Source: an uncultured Pseudomonadota bacterium
GTDB taxonomy: Bacteria > Pseudomonadota > Alphaproteobacteria > Rhizobiales > Xanthobacteraceae
Length of the DNA stretch: 64,000 nucleotides
Direction: 5' to 3'
Assembly (NCBI GenBank): GCA_963819955.1
Contig: CAWFYB010000002.1
Location: 413,917-477,916, forward strand
Under the pieces are notes generated by a model. The model had not been told where the DNA came from, did not search any database, and worked only from the letters and a program-made list of their open reading frames with translations. Both the position numbers and the translations under genes were made by a program. Below are positions 1-10,183 of this stretch, piece after piece (position 1 is the stretch's first letter; the number at the start of each line of letters is the position of its first letter).

Positions 1-271
1 CAATCTCGGCAGTCATAAAGGCCACGCCGTGCGCCAGGCTATCCGCAAAGCCGGCGCCAAGCTTATCTTCCTGCCGCCGTATAGCCCTGACCTCAATCCC
101 ATCGAGCAGGTCTTCGCCAAGCTCAAAACGCTGCTGCGCAAGGCCGCCGAGCGCACTGTCGAAGCAACATGGAAGCGCATCGGCGCCCTGCTCGATCGCT
201 TCACGCCCGCTGAGTGCGCCAACTACATCCGAAACGCCGGATATGCCGCTACCTAAATGGAAAATGCTCTA
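1..271 (+). mobile_element. IS630-family element, 3' end (transposase C-terminus and right end); truncated by window edge
   Basis: ORF with LPPYSPDLNPIEQVFAKLK (IS630 DDE_3 motif), stop at 256, then AAAATGCTCTA ending in TA (270-271); 1-219 identical to 47946-48164. Confidence 0.9.
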
Positions 272-350
272 ATGGCGATCCGACCTCTCCCCATGGGAGA
301 GGTGAAACGCGTTCGCGGATGCGTTATACGAAGGAACGAGGAGCCACAAA

Positions 351-542
351 GTGAAGACGCTGAACGTCGGCATTGCCAGTCTGGACGACATGAAGAAGCG
401 CACCCTGGCGATCGCGCGCGGCCGCCTCAAGCCGGGCAAGGCCGATCCTAAGGTCTGGTTCACCTCGCCCGAAAGCTTCGCCAAGGTGCTGTCGAACAAG
501 AACGGCGCGCTCTTCGCTTTATACAAAAATATATATAATTAG
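351..542 (+). pseudogene. Truncated predicted transcriptional regulator/antitoxin (COG4190/HVO_A0114-like N-terminus)
   Basis: MKTLNVGIASLDDMKKRTLAIARG...KVWFTSPESFAKVLS resembles this family's N-terminus; C-terminal HTH absent, ORF runs into AT-rich sequence. Confidence 0.6.
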
Positions 543-545
543 ATT

Positions 546-923
546 GTGGACCAGGGGCAGCCGAGACCGCTGACGTGGATTGCCTCCAGCCGCCGCGACA
601 TGCGGGCGTTGCCCAAGGAGGTGCGCCGCAGTTTCGGCGTCGCCTTGTTCGCCGTCCAGATAGGCGAAACGCCGCCGGTCGCCAAGCCATTGCGCGGTTT
701 TGGCGGTGCCGGCGTTCTCGAACTGGTCGAGGACGATGCGGGCGGCACCTATCGGGCGGTTTACACCGTGCGCTATGCGACCGCGGTCTATGTGTTGCAC
801 GTGTTTCAGAAGAAATCGAAGCGCGGCCGGGAAACGCCGCAGCGCGACATCGACTTGATCAAAGATCGCTTGAAGCGTGCCGATGAGTTGCACCGATTGC
901 GAAAAATGGAAGGCCAGACAGAA
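546..923 (+). CDS. Type II toxin, RelE/ParE superfamily (Gp49/HigB-like)
   Basis: KPLRGFGGAGVLELVEDDAGGTYRAVYTVRYATAVYVLHVFQKKSKRG; stop apparently lost by a 1-nt deletion at 920/921. Confidence 0.85.
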
Positions 924-1251
924 GCGGAAAAAAGACCACGAAGACAGCAGCGGCAATGTACTCGCCGATCTCGGCTTCAGGAACTCCAAGCAGGAACTGC
1001 TGAAAGCCAAGCTCACGATCGAAATCTACAAGCTGCTCAAGAAGCGCGGCGTCACCCAGGAGCAGGCGGCAAAGCTGCTTGGCACGACGCAGGCGCAGGT
1101 TTCGGCGTTGATGCGCTGCAAGCCGGTTTCTGTGTCGGTCGGCAGGCTGATGGAATTCTTGAATGTGCTCGGCCAGGACATTGAGGTAAAGCTCAAGCCG
1201 GCGGGTCGGCGCAAGGCGGGTGACATGTCGGTGGTGGTGCATGGGGCCTGA
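920..1251 (+). CDS. XRE-family HTH antitoxin (HigA/HTH_37-like)
   Basis: SSGNVLADLGF...TQEQAAKLLGTTQAQVSAL...LMEFLNVLGQDIEV, directly downstream of the toxin. Confidence 0.85.
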
Positions 1252-1255
1252 TCTG

Positions 1256-1552
1256 ATGGCCGGCTATGCCTCCGCGCGCAATCCGAAGCGCTGCCCGAGC
1301 CACCCGGGCGCCTTGCTGCGCGAGGTGATTCTCGCGACAGGCAAAAGCAAGGCCGAGATCGCAACGCTGCTCGGCATTTCGCGCCAGCACCTCTACGACA
1401 TCCTGAAAGAGCGCAAGCCAGTGTCGCCGGCGGTGGCGGTGCGGCTCGGCAAGCTGTTCGGCGACGGCGCAGGCGTCTGGGTGCGCGCACAGGGCGCGCC
1501 TGCTACCTGGCACGCGCTACGCAATCAGGGAAGTGTGCCCAAAGGCTTCTGA
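1256..1552 (+). CDS. HigA-family addiction-module antitoxin, C-terminus probably eroded
   Basis: PSHPGALLRE...LLGISRQHLYDILKERKPVSPAVAVRLGKLFG...W; 3' end overlaps the convergent gene. Confidence 0.8.
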   Translation: MAGYASARNPKRCPSHPGALLREVILATGKSKAEIATLLGISRQHLYDILKERKPVSPAVAVRLGKLFGDGAGVWVRAQGAPATWHALRNQGSVPKGF

Positions 1553-2115
1553 CTTTCGCGGTTACGATCAAGTTTTTCGCGCGGCAATTGCATCAAGACG
1601 AGCCTTGTATCGGTTTTCTTTATTCCGCTGACATGCCGAATCTTGTCGTCGAGAACGCTCATCAATTCTGGCATGGATGCAGCCTCTATATATGCAATGA
1701 CATCATAACGGCCTACTACTGGGTGCGCGTTTGAAACTTCATCAATTTCCAAGAGATCGCGAATTACCGGTTTTGGGTCGCCAACTGAGATGTCGCAAAA
1801 CAACCAAGCGGCTGCAGGGGCGGGGCGGTTTTCGGCACCGGAATAGCAGCGCCCTTCATCAGCAAGGATAAACATAGTTTCTGTATGCTCGACGGTGCCA
1901 ACGTCAACCAACCCACGTACCCCTTTGTCCAAAACGACACGAAAGTTCTCCGGCTCCTGTGTATCGACGAAGCAAATAATATCGTCAGGACCAATTAGCG
2001 GATGCGCGATGATTACCCCCTCCATGTCGAGAAGGTCTTTGCAAACCCGGTGGACATCGTTTGTCCGTACCGACAAAAGAACATACCCAGCGGTTAGTGG
2101 CGTTCCGATGGACAT
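1525..2115 (-). CDS. Tandem Lrp/AsnC ligand-binding (RAM) domain protein without HTH
   Basis: Two similar repeats (AHPLIGPDDIICFV...VEHTETMFIL; AHPVVGRYDVIAYI...GIKKTDTRLVL); visibly lower GC than backbone. Confidence 0.75.
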   Translation of the reverse strand: MSIGTPLTAGYVLLSVRTNDVHRVCKDLLDMEGVIIAHPLIGPDDIICFVDTQEPENFRVVLDKGVRGLVDVGTVEHTETMFILADEGRCYSGAENRPAPAAAWLFCDISVGDPKPVIRDLLEIDEVSNAHPVVGRYDVIAYIEAASMPELMSVLDDKIRHVSGIKKTDTRLVLMQLPREKLDRNRESQKPLGTLP

Positions 2116-2273
2116 TGGACACCTGCTCTAGTCAAAACGTAGTCGGGTGTGATTATCTCCTGCGAACTTCAGGATGTATATATCCGTAAAACAATCAAAA
2201 GTTGTAAAAAGGCTGTCGATGGTTGTTGAGACAAGTGAAAATCTGAGGCAACTGGCCCACCTCTTCGCCGCTA

Positions 2274-4017
2274 ATGCTCGCCCGCGTACAGGCGGCGGCG
2301 GGCGGCGTGCTCGGGCCCGACGCCGATCTCTCCCGCATCGTCGTCGAGCCGCCGCGCGATCCGAGCCACGGCGACATGGCGACCAACGCCGCCATGGTGC
2401 TGGCGAAGGATGCCGGCAAGAAGCCGCGCGATCTAGCTGAGCAAATCGCCGAGAAACTGCGTGCCGAGCCCAACGTCGAAAAAGTCGACGTCGCCGGCCC
2501 CGGCTTCATCAATCTCAGCGCTCAAGCCCGAGGTCTGGCCCGTCGAGCTGCACTTGGCGCTTACGCTCGGCCATGACTACGGCCGCTCCGCCATGGGCCG
2601 CAACGAAAAGGTCAATGTCGAATATGTCTCCGCCAACCCGACCGGCCCCTTGCATGTCGGCCACGGCCGCGGCGCGGTGTTCGGCGACGCGCTCGCCAGC
2701 CTGCTCGAATATGCCGGCCACGACGTCACGCGCGAATATTACATCAACGACGCCGGCGCCCAGGTCGACGCGCTGGCGCGCTCGGCCTACCTGCGCTACC
2801 GCGAGGCGCTCGGCGAGGCCATCGGCGAAATCCCGGAAGGGCTCTATCCCGGCGAATACCTGCGCCATGTCGGCGGCGTATTGGCCGAGGAGCACGGCGT
2901 CACGCTCACCACCATGCCGGAAGCCGAATGGCTGCCGCTGGTGCGCGCGCGCGCCGTCGCCCTGATGATGGAGCAGATCCGCGCCGATCTCGCCGCGCTC
3001 AACGTGCATTTCGACGTGTTCTATTCCGAACGCTCGCTGATCGAGGGCGGCGACGGCGACCAGGTGGGCGCCACCATCGAAGCCTTGCGCCAGTCGGGCG
3101 AGGTCTATGAGGGCCGGCTGCCGCCGCCCAAAGGCGGCGCCATCGAGGATTGGGAGGACCGCGAGCAGACTTTGTTCAAGTCGACCGATTTCGGCGACGA
3201 CGTCGACCGCCCGCTCAAGAAATCGGACGGCAGCTACACCTATTTCGCCTCCGACATCGCCTATCACAAATCCAAGGTCGCGCGCGGCTTCCGCAACCTG
3301 ATCGACGTCTGGGGCGCCGACCACGGCGGCTACATCAAGCGCATGCAGGCGGCGGTCAAAGCCGTCAGCGGCGGCCAGGCCGTGCTCGACGTCAAGCTGG
3401 TGCAGCTCGTCAAGCTGCTGCGCGCCGGCGAGCCGGTGAAAATGTCGAAGCGCGCCGGCGAATTCGTCACTTTGCGCGAAGTGGTCGACGAGGTCGGCAA
3501 GGACGCCGTGCGCTTCGACATGCTCTACCGCAAGAACGACGCCACGCTCGATTTCGACCTCGCCAAGGTGGTCGAGCATTCCCGCGAGAACCCGGTGTTT
3601 TACGTGCAATACGGCCATGCCCGCGGCCAGTCGATCTTCCGCACCGCGCGGGCCGAAATGCCCGACCTGCCGGAGGAGCCGGGCGCACGCTTGGCCTTTC
3701 TCGCCAAAGCGCCGCTCGAGCGGCTGAGCGAGCCTGGTGAAATCGACATCATGCGCCGGATTGCCCTTTTTCCGCGCACCGTGGAGGCCGCCGCCGCGGC
3801 CCATGAGCCGCACCGCATCGCCTTCTATCTATATGAATTAGCTAGCGAATTTCACGCGCACTGGACGCGCGGAAAAGACTTGCCTCATTTACGCTTCATT
3901 ATCCAGAATGATCCAGAAACAACCTTGGCGCGGCTCGCGCTGGTGCAAGGTGTGGTGACGGTGCTGGCCGCCGGGCTCGAATTGCTCGGGGTCGCGGCGC
4001 CGCAAGAGATGCGATAG
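2274..4017 (+). CDS. argS: Arginyl-tRNA synthetase (one frameshift near 2515-2522; start uncertain)
   Basis: [28 protein letters not shown] (HIGH), [22 protein letters not shown]. Confidence 0.97.
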
Positions 4018-4086
4018 GCCCGGCCGCTGGGGACGCGTTAGGCGCGGGCGGGCAGGGCGACCAAAAAGACCAGTACCGGGGACCGA

Positions 4087-5598
4087 ATGGCGGACGACTA
4101 TACCCAGCGACCCTTCCGTTCGAATCCAATGCCCCCGCGCGAGGCGCCAAATGCGGCGTCAGGTGCGGCGCCAAGTTCGGCGCAAAGCGCCGGCGCCGCA
4201 GGTTCCAGCAGCGATCCGCTCGCCGAGCTGGCGCGGCTGATCGGGCAGAACGATCCCTTCGCCGAATATGGCCACGAAAATGTGCCGCCGCCGCCGGCGT
4301 CGCCGCCGCGGACCGCGCAGCCCTCGCCCGATTGGGCAGCGCATGTTGCCGCCGATGCCGGCTATATCCCGCCGCCTTCGGCGCCGCCGCCGCCCGATCT
4401 GCATCCCGCCGAATATGCCCCGAGCGCGGCGGAGTATGTGCCGGCCGCCTACGAGCATGAGGGCGGCTACTACCCGAACACGCCGGCCTCGGAGGCCGAG
4501 CATCACGACTTCTACGACGATGTCCCGCCGCGCCGCCGCATGGGTATCCTTGCAATCGCTGCGGTTTTCGCGCTCGCCGTGATCGGCACCGCCGGCGCCT
4601 TCGGCTACCGCGCTTTGTTCGGCTCTTCTAGTCCGAGCGGCCCGCCGCCGGTCATCAAAGCCGACACCGCGCCGACCAAAGTCATCCCGGTGAAAAAGAG
4701 CGCCGATGCCAAGAACGGCAAGCTGATCTACGACCGCGTCGCCGATCATGGCCAAGGCGAAAAGCTTGTTTCGCGCGAGGAGCAGCCGGTCGACATCGAT
4801 CACAAATCGGCGGGCGTGGTGCTGCCGCACGACCAGAACGGCATGCCCTCCGGCTCGATCCAGCCGCCGCTCGGCAGCGGCGTGGTCGGCGGCGCGGCCA
4901 AGAAGATCCACACCATCGCCATCCGCCCGGACGGCACTGCCGTTGCCAATGCCGAGCCGAGCGCGCCGGTTGCACCGCCTGCACCGGCTGCATCGCCTGC
5001 TCCGACGCCTCCTCCGCCGCCACGCGAGACGCAACACGAGGTGCAGCCTGCGCCGCCGCCGTCGGCGGCGCCGATGACGCCGATGGCGCCGCATGCCGCG
5101 GCCGCCAAGCCGCAGCCCGCGCCGGCGCCGCGCCATACCACGACGGCGCGTAGCGAGCCGCCGGCCCGCCGGCATGAGGCCGCCCCGCGCAATGCGCCGC
5201 TCTCGCTCAACCCGAACGCCCCGGCGTCGGCGCGCGCCGAGCACCGTCCAATGCGCACCGCGACCGCGGCGCCGACCCAAATTGCACCCGCGCAGGCAGC
5301 GCGCACGCCGCGCGCAGCGCCTTCCCGCACCGCACCGGCAGCTCATAGCGGCGGCTATGCCGTGCAGGTCGCCTCCCGCCACAACGAGGCCGACGCGAAG
5401 GCCTCGCTACACAGCCTGCAAGCCAAATTCGGGCAGCAGCTCGGCGGCCATCAGACGCTGATCCGCCGCGTCGACCTCGGCGCCAAGGGCGTCTATTACC
5501 GCGCGCTGGTCGGCCCCTTCGCCAACTCCGAAGCGGCGAGCCAAATGTGCTCGAAGCTCAAGGCCGCCGGCGGCAACTGCTTCGTCCAGAGGATTTAA
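4087..5598 (+). CDS. SPOR-domain cell division protein (FtsN-like)
   Basis: DPLAELARLIG N-terminal motif, single TM, Pro/Ala-rich linker, C-terminal SPOR domain with CxxLKAAGGNC; position between argS and nagZ. Confidence 0.9.
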   Translation: MADDYTQRPFRSNPMPPREAPNAASGAAPSSAQSAGAAGSSSDPLAELARLIGQNDPFAEYGHENVPPPPASPPRTAQPSPDWAAHVAADAGYIPPPSAPPPPDLHPAEYAPSAAEYVPAAYEHEGGYYPNTPASEAEHHDFYDDVPPRRRMGILAIAAVFALAVIGTAGAFGYRALFGSSSPSGPPPVIKADTAPTKVIPVKKSADAKNGKLIYDRVADHGQGEKLVSREEQPVDIDHKSAGVVLPHDQNGMPSGSIQPPLGSGVVGGAAKKIHTIAIRPDGTAVANAEPSAPVAPPAPAASPAPTPPPPPRETQHEVQPAPPPSAAPMTPMAPHAAAAKPQPAPAPRHTTTARSEPPARRHEAAPRNAPLSLNPNAPASARAEHRPMRTATAAPTQIAPAQAARTPRAAPSRTAPAAHSGGYAVQVASRHNEADAKASLHSLQAKFGQQLGGHQTLIRRVDLGAKGVYYRALVGPFANSEAASQMCSKLKAAGGNCFVQRI

Positions 5599-5645
5599 GC
5601 GCTCGTCGCTTGACCCTTGCGGCGGGCGCGGGCTAATCGGCGCCC

Positions 5646-6674
5646 ATGCCTGCACGCGCATTTATCACCGGCCTGGCGGGATTGACCCTCACCGCCAACG
5701 AGCGGGCGTTCCTGCGCGAGGCTTGCCCCTGGGGCCTGATCGTCTTCAAGCGCAACGTCAGTTCGCCGGAGCAAGTCACTGAGCTCACACGTTCTTTCCG
5801 TGATGCCGTCGGCTGGGAAGCGCCCGTTTTGGTGGACCAGGAAGGCGGTCGGGTGCAGCGGCTAGGCCCCCCACATTGGCCCGTCTATCCCGCCGGCGCG
5901 CGTTATGGCGAGCTTTACGACCGCGAGCCGGCCTCGGGTCTGGCAGCGGCGCGGCTGGCCGGGCATCTGATTGCCTCCGACCTCAGGCCGCTCGGCATCG
6001 ACGTCGATTGCCTGCCGCTCGCCGACGTGCCGGTTCCCGGCAGCGACGCCATTATCGGCGACCGGGCCTACGGCAGCGAGCCCGGCAAGGTCGCGGCCAT
6101 CGCCGGGGCAATTACCCAGGGCCTACTGGCCGGCGGGGTACTGCCGGTACTCAAGCACCTGCCAGGCCACGGCCGCGCCCTGGCCGACAGCCACCACCGG
6201 CTGCCGGTGGTCGATACCGACCGGGCCACCCTGGAATCGACCGATTTTGCCGCTTTTAAGCCCTTGGCCGGGCTTCCGCTCGGCATGACCGCGCATGTTG
6301 TGTTTTCTTCGATCGACCCCGTCGCGCCGGCCACCACTTCGGTCACAATGGTGCGCGAAGTGATTCGGGGCTTTATCGGCTTCCGGGGACTGCTGATGAG
6401 CGACGACATATCGATGGGCGCCTTGGCCGGCCCGCTGGCCGCGCGCAGCCGCGCGGCGCTTACCGCCGGCTGCGATATCGTGCTCCATTGCAACGGCGAT
6501 CTCGCCGAGATGAGCGAGGTCGCAGGCAGCGTGCCGGAGCTGGCAGGCGAGGCGCTGGCGCGCGCCGAGGCGGCGCTCGCGCAGCGCGCAGCGCCTGAGG
6601 AATTCGACGTCGCCGCCGCGCGCGATCTTTTCGCCCGCATGATGGCCGGCGGGCAACGGATGAAGGTTTCATGA
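5646..6674 (+). CDS. nagZ: Beta-N-acetylhexosaminidase (GH3)
   Basis: VDQEGGRVQRL, KHLPGHG...DSH, MTAH, SDDISM. Confidence 0.95.
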   Translation: MPARAFITGLAGLTLTANERAFLREACPWGLIVFKRNVSSPEQVTELTRSFRDAVGWEAPVLVDQEGGRVQRLGPPHWPVYPAGARYGELYDREPASGLAAARLAGHLIASDLRPLGIDVDCLPLADVPVPGSDAIIGDRAYGSEPGKVAAIAGAITQGLLAGGVLPVLKHLPGHGRALADSHHRLPVVDTDRATLESTDFAAFKPLAGLPLGMTAHVVFSSIDPVAPATTSVTMVREVIRGFIGFRGLLMSDDISMGALAGPLAARSRAALTAGCDIVLHCNGDLAEMSEVAGSVPELAGEALARAEAALAQRAAPEEFDVAAARDLFARMMAGGQRMKVS

Positions 6675-7489
6675 GCGAAGAATTCGACAACACGCTGACC
6701 GAAGCCGACCGCGCCAGCGACGAGCCGGCGATGATCGTCGACGTCGAAGGCTTCGAGGGGCCGCTCGATCTGTTGCTGATGCTGGCGCGGCAGCAGAAGG
6801 TCGATCTCGCGAAAATCTCCATCCTGGCGCTGGCCGACCAGTATCTCAGCTTCATCGAGGCGGCGCGCAAATTGCGGCTCGAGCTCGCCGCCGATTATCT
6901 GGTGATGGCGGCCTGGCTGGCTTACCTGAAATCGCGCCTGCTGCTGCCGCAGGAAGCGCCGGGCGAGGGCCCGAGCGCGGAGGAAATGGCGTTGGCGCTC
7001 GCGCACCGCCTGCGCCGGCTGGAAGCCTTCCGCGAGGTGGCGTCGCGCCTGATGGGCCGCCCGCAGCTCAATCGCGACGTGTTCGCGCGCGGCGCGCCCG
7101 AGCCGATCGCCGAGATCAAGCAGCCGGAATGGTCGGCGACCCTCTACGATCTGTTGTCGGCCTACGCCATGCAGCGCTCGCGCAGCGCGCTGTCGCGCGT
7201 GCAGCTCAAGAAGCGCACGGTGTGGTCGCTGGCGGAAGCGCGCGAGGCGCTCGACCGCCTGATCGGGCAGTCGGGCGACTGGACGCGGCTCGATCAATTC
7301 CTCATCGCCTACGTGGTGGACCCCGCGCTGGCGTCCACGGTGTTCGCGTCGTCCTTCGCCTCCGCGCTCGAACTGGTGCGCGAAGGGTTGGCCGAAATCC
7401 ATCAGAAAGAGTCGTTCGCTCCGATCTACATGCGCAAGCGGGTCGGGGCGAATGGAAGCGCAACGCATGACGCGCAAGAAAACGCATAA
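6671..7489 (+). CDS. scpA: Segregation and condensation protein A
   Basis: FEGPLDLLL, ADYLVMAAWLAYLKSRLLLP. Confidence 0.95.
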   Translation: MSEEFDNTLTEADRASDEPAMIVDVEGFEGPLDLLLMLARQQKVDLAKISILALADQYLSFIEAARKLRLELAADYLVMAAWLAYLKSRLLLPQEAPGEGPSAEEMALALAHRLRRLEAFREVASRLMGRPQLNRDVFARGAPEPIAEIKQPEWSATLYDLLSAYAMQRSRSALSRVQLKKRTVWSLAEAREALDRLIGQSGDWTRLDQFLIAYVVDPALASTVFASSFASALELVREGLAEIHQKESFAPIYMRKRVGANGSATHDAQENA

Positions 7490-7502
7490 GGAGAAGGGCC
7501 CC

Positions 7503-8228
7503 ATGCCGAGCGCGGCCAAGAAACTGGTTGTTGTGCAGAACAATGAGCCGGCCGCGAAGCCGGAATCCGAACCGGCAAGCGAGCCGGCCACGCGGCCGGA
7601 GGAGCTGCGCCTGTTGGAGGCGCTGCTGTTTGCCTCCGCCGCGCCGCTCGACGAGGCGACGCTTTCGCGCGCGCTGCCCGACGGCGTGAACCTGAAGCAG
7701 GCGCTGGCGCGGCTGAAAGAGGAATACGCGACGCGCGGCGTCACGCTGGTGCGCATCGGCCGCAAGTGGACGTTCCGCACCGCCGACGATCTGTCCTGGC
7801 TGATGACCAAGCAGGTGGTCGAGACGCGCAAGCTGTCGCGCGCGGCGATCGAGACGCTGGCCATCGTCGCCTATCACCAGCCGGTGACGCGCGCCGAGAT
7901 CGAGGAAATCCGCGGCGTGGTGGCGGCCGCCGGCACGCTCGACGTGCTGCTCAAGACCGGCTGGATCCGCCCGCGCGGCCGCCGCAAGGCGCCCGGCCGG
8001 CCGATCACCTATGGCACCAGCGAGACCTTCCTGTCGCATTTCGGGCTGGAGGAGGTGGGCGATCTGCCCGGCCTCGACGAACTGAAAGGCGCCGGCCTGT
8101 TGGAGGGCCATCTGCCGCCGGGCTTTGCGGTTCCGGTGCCGTCCGACGACACGACGCTGCGCGACGACGAGGACCCGCTGGAGCCCGGCGATCTCGATCT
8201 CGGGCTTGCGCCGCCGCCGGAGAAGTGA
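7503..8228 (+). CDS. scpB: SMC-Scp complex subunit B
   Basis: LEALLFAS, LSRAAIETLAIVAYHQPVTRAEIEEIRGV, PGRPITYGTS. Confidence 0.95.
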   Translation: MPSAAKKLVVVQNNEPAAKPESEPASEPATRPEELRLLEALLFASAAPLDEATLSRALPDGVNLKQALARLKEEYATRGVTLVRIGRKWTFRTADDLSWLMTKQVVETRKLSRAAIETLAIVAYHQPVTRAEIEEIRGVVAAAGTLDVLLKTGWIRPRGRRKAPGRPITYGTSETFLSHFGLEEVGDLPGLDELKGAGLLEGHLPPGFAVPVPSDDTTLRDDEDPLEPGDLDLGLAPPPEK

Positions 8229-8417
8229 CGCTGAGGGCCGCGCGCGGCCGCGCCCGCCGGCGGGCAAAATTAAGGTAAATTCAGCACCTTGGCGCGACAT
8301 CAGGGCGCGATTTAACGTGCCGAAGTCCTTGTTTTTGCCGCTGCCGGGGCCTAGTTTCTAGCTCAAACACGAGGCGGGACGAGCGCTTTGAGGCGCGTCG
8401 CTGCGGAGGATTTGCGG

Positions 8418-8669
8418 ATGGGTGGATTAAGCATATGGCACTGGATGGTCGTGATCGTGGTCGTGCTGCTGCTGTTCGGGCGCGGCAAGATTTCCGATCT
8501 GATGGGTGACGTCGCCGGCGGCATCAAGGCCTTCAAGAAGGGCATGGCGGAAGACGACAAGCCGGCCGACGCCAAAGCCGAGCCGGTCAAGACCATCGAT
8601 CATCAGGCAGCCGGCGGGGCGGCGCCGAAGGCGGAAGCCGAACGGCCCGCCGAGAGCGTGCGCTCTTAA
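8418..8669 (+). CDS. tatA: Twin-arginine translocase TatA
   Basis: [43 protein letters not shown]. Confidence 0.95.
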   Translation: MGGLSIWHWMVVIVVVLLLFGRGKISDLMGDVAGGIKAFKKGMAEDDKPADAKAEPVKTIDHQAAGGAAPKAEAERPAESVRS

Positions 8670-8752
8670 AGCGCACGGCCGCAGCGGCGCCTCTTGTCAC
8701 GGTCGCCCGCGCCGGCCAGCGGGGCTTAAGGCGCCCTGGAGTTGACTAATCC

Positions 8753-9293
8753 ATGTTCGACATCGGGTGGGGCGAGCTCCTCGTCATCGGCATCGTCGCG
8801 CTGATCGCGATCGGGCCGAAAGAGCTGCCGACCGTGCTGCGCTCGCTTGGCCAGTGGATGGGCAAGATCAAGCGCATGGCCAACGAGTTCCAGGGCCAGT
8901 TCCAGGAAGCCTTGCGCGAGGCCGAGGTCGCCGACCTCAAGAAGCAAGCCGACGAGCTGGGCAGCAGCATCACCGACGCCACCAAATTCGATCCGCTCGC
9001 CGACATCGACAATGACGGCGAGGCGGCCTACGGCTCGAGCGAGCCGGACAAGATCGAGACGACGGAACACGCGCCGGCCGACGGCGATGCGCGCGGCCAA
9101 GCCCGGCGACGCAGCCGAAAGCGCCGAGCCGTCTTTAACGGATGAGACGGGTGCGTTCGCCTCGGCCAGGGCGAAGCGGAACTGCCGCCCATCGACGTGC
9201 CGTTGCCGGAGGCGCCCGAGCCCGTCACCGAGAAAGATTTCGCGTCCGTCGAGCCGCCGCCCAAAGGCCAAGCAGGCCGGGGGCAAGGCATGA
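8753..9293 (+). CDS. tatB: Twin-arginine translocase TatB (frameshifts in C-terminal tail)
   Basis: [26 protein letters not shown]. Confidence 0.92.
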
Positions 9294-10163
9294 GCCACGA
9301 AGACATCGAGGCCAGCAAAGCCCCGCTGATGGATCACCTGATCGAGCTGCGCTCGCGGCTGATCAAGGCGCTGATCGCCTTCGCGCTGACGTTCGCGCTC
9401 TGCTTCGTGTTCGCCAAGGACATCTACAACGTGCTGGTCTGGCCCTTCGTCTGGGTGGCGGGGCCGGAGCATTCGAAATTCATCTACACGGCGCTGCTTG
9501 GAATATTTCATCACCCAGCTCAAGCTCGCGATGTTCGGCGCCGCCTTCCTGTCGTTTCCGGTGGTGGCGGCGCAGATCTACATGTTCGTCGCGCCCGGCC
9601 TCTATAAGCACGAGCGCAAGGCGTTCCTGCCTTATCTGGTCGCGACGCCGATCTTCTTCGCGCTCGGCGCGCTGGTCGTCTATTTCCTGGTGTTCCCGAT
9701 GCTGGTGCGCTTCTCGCTGCACATGCAGCAGTCGGGCGGGGCGGGCGAAGCCTCCATCGAGCTGATGCCCAAGGTCGGCGAATATCTCTCGCTGATGATG
9801 GCGCTGGTGCTCGCCTTCGGCGTGGCGTTCCAACTGCCGGTGATCCTGACGCTGCTCGGCCGCATCGGCATCGTCACCTCCGACCAGCTCAAGGCCAAGC
9901 GCAAATACGCCATCGTCGGCGCCTTCGTGCTCGCCGCCGTGCTGACCCCGCCCGACGTGCTGAGCCAGATGTCGCTTGCCATTCCCCTGATGCTGCTGTT
10001 CGAAGGCTCGATCTGGTCGGTGCGCGTGGTCGAGCGCAAGAAGGCGCGCGAGGCGGCTGCCGCCGGCGGCGCCGGCGACAGCGGCGAAAGCGGCGGCTCG
10101 GACGACGGCGGCGACGCGGCGCAAAAACCCCGCGGAGTAGGGCTTCCCCAGCCCCGCGCATGA
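9290..10163 (+). CDS. tatC: Twin-arginine translocase TatC (frameshift near 9498)
   Basis: [40 protein letters not shown]. Confidence 0.95.
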
Positions 10164-10183
10164 CGTGCTAAAAGCGCCCCGCC

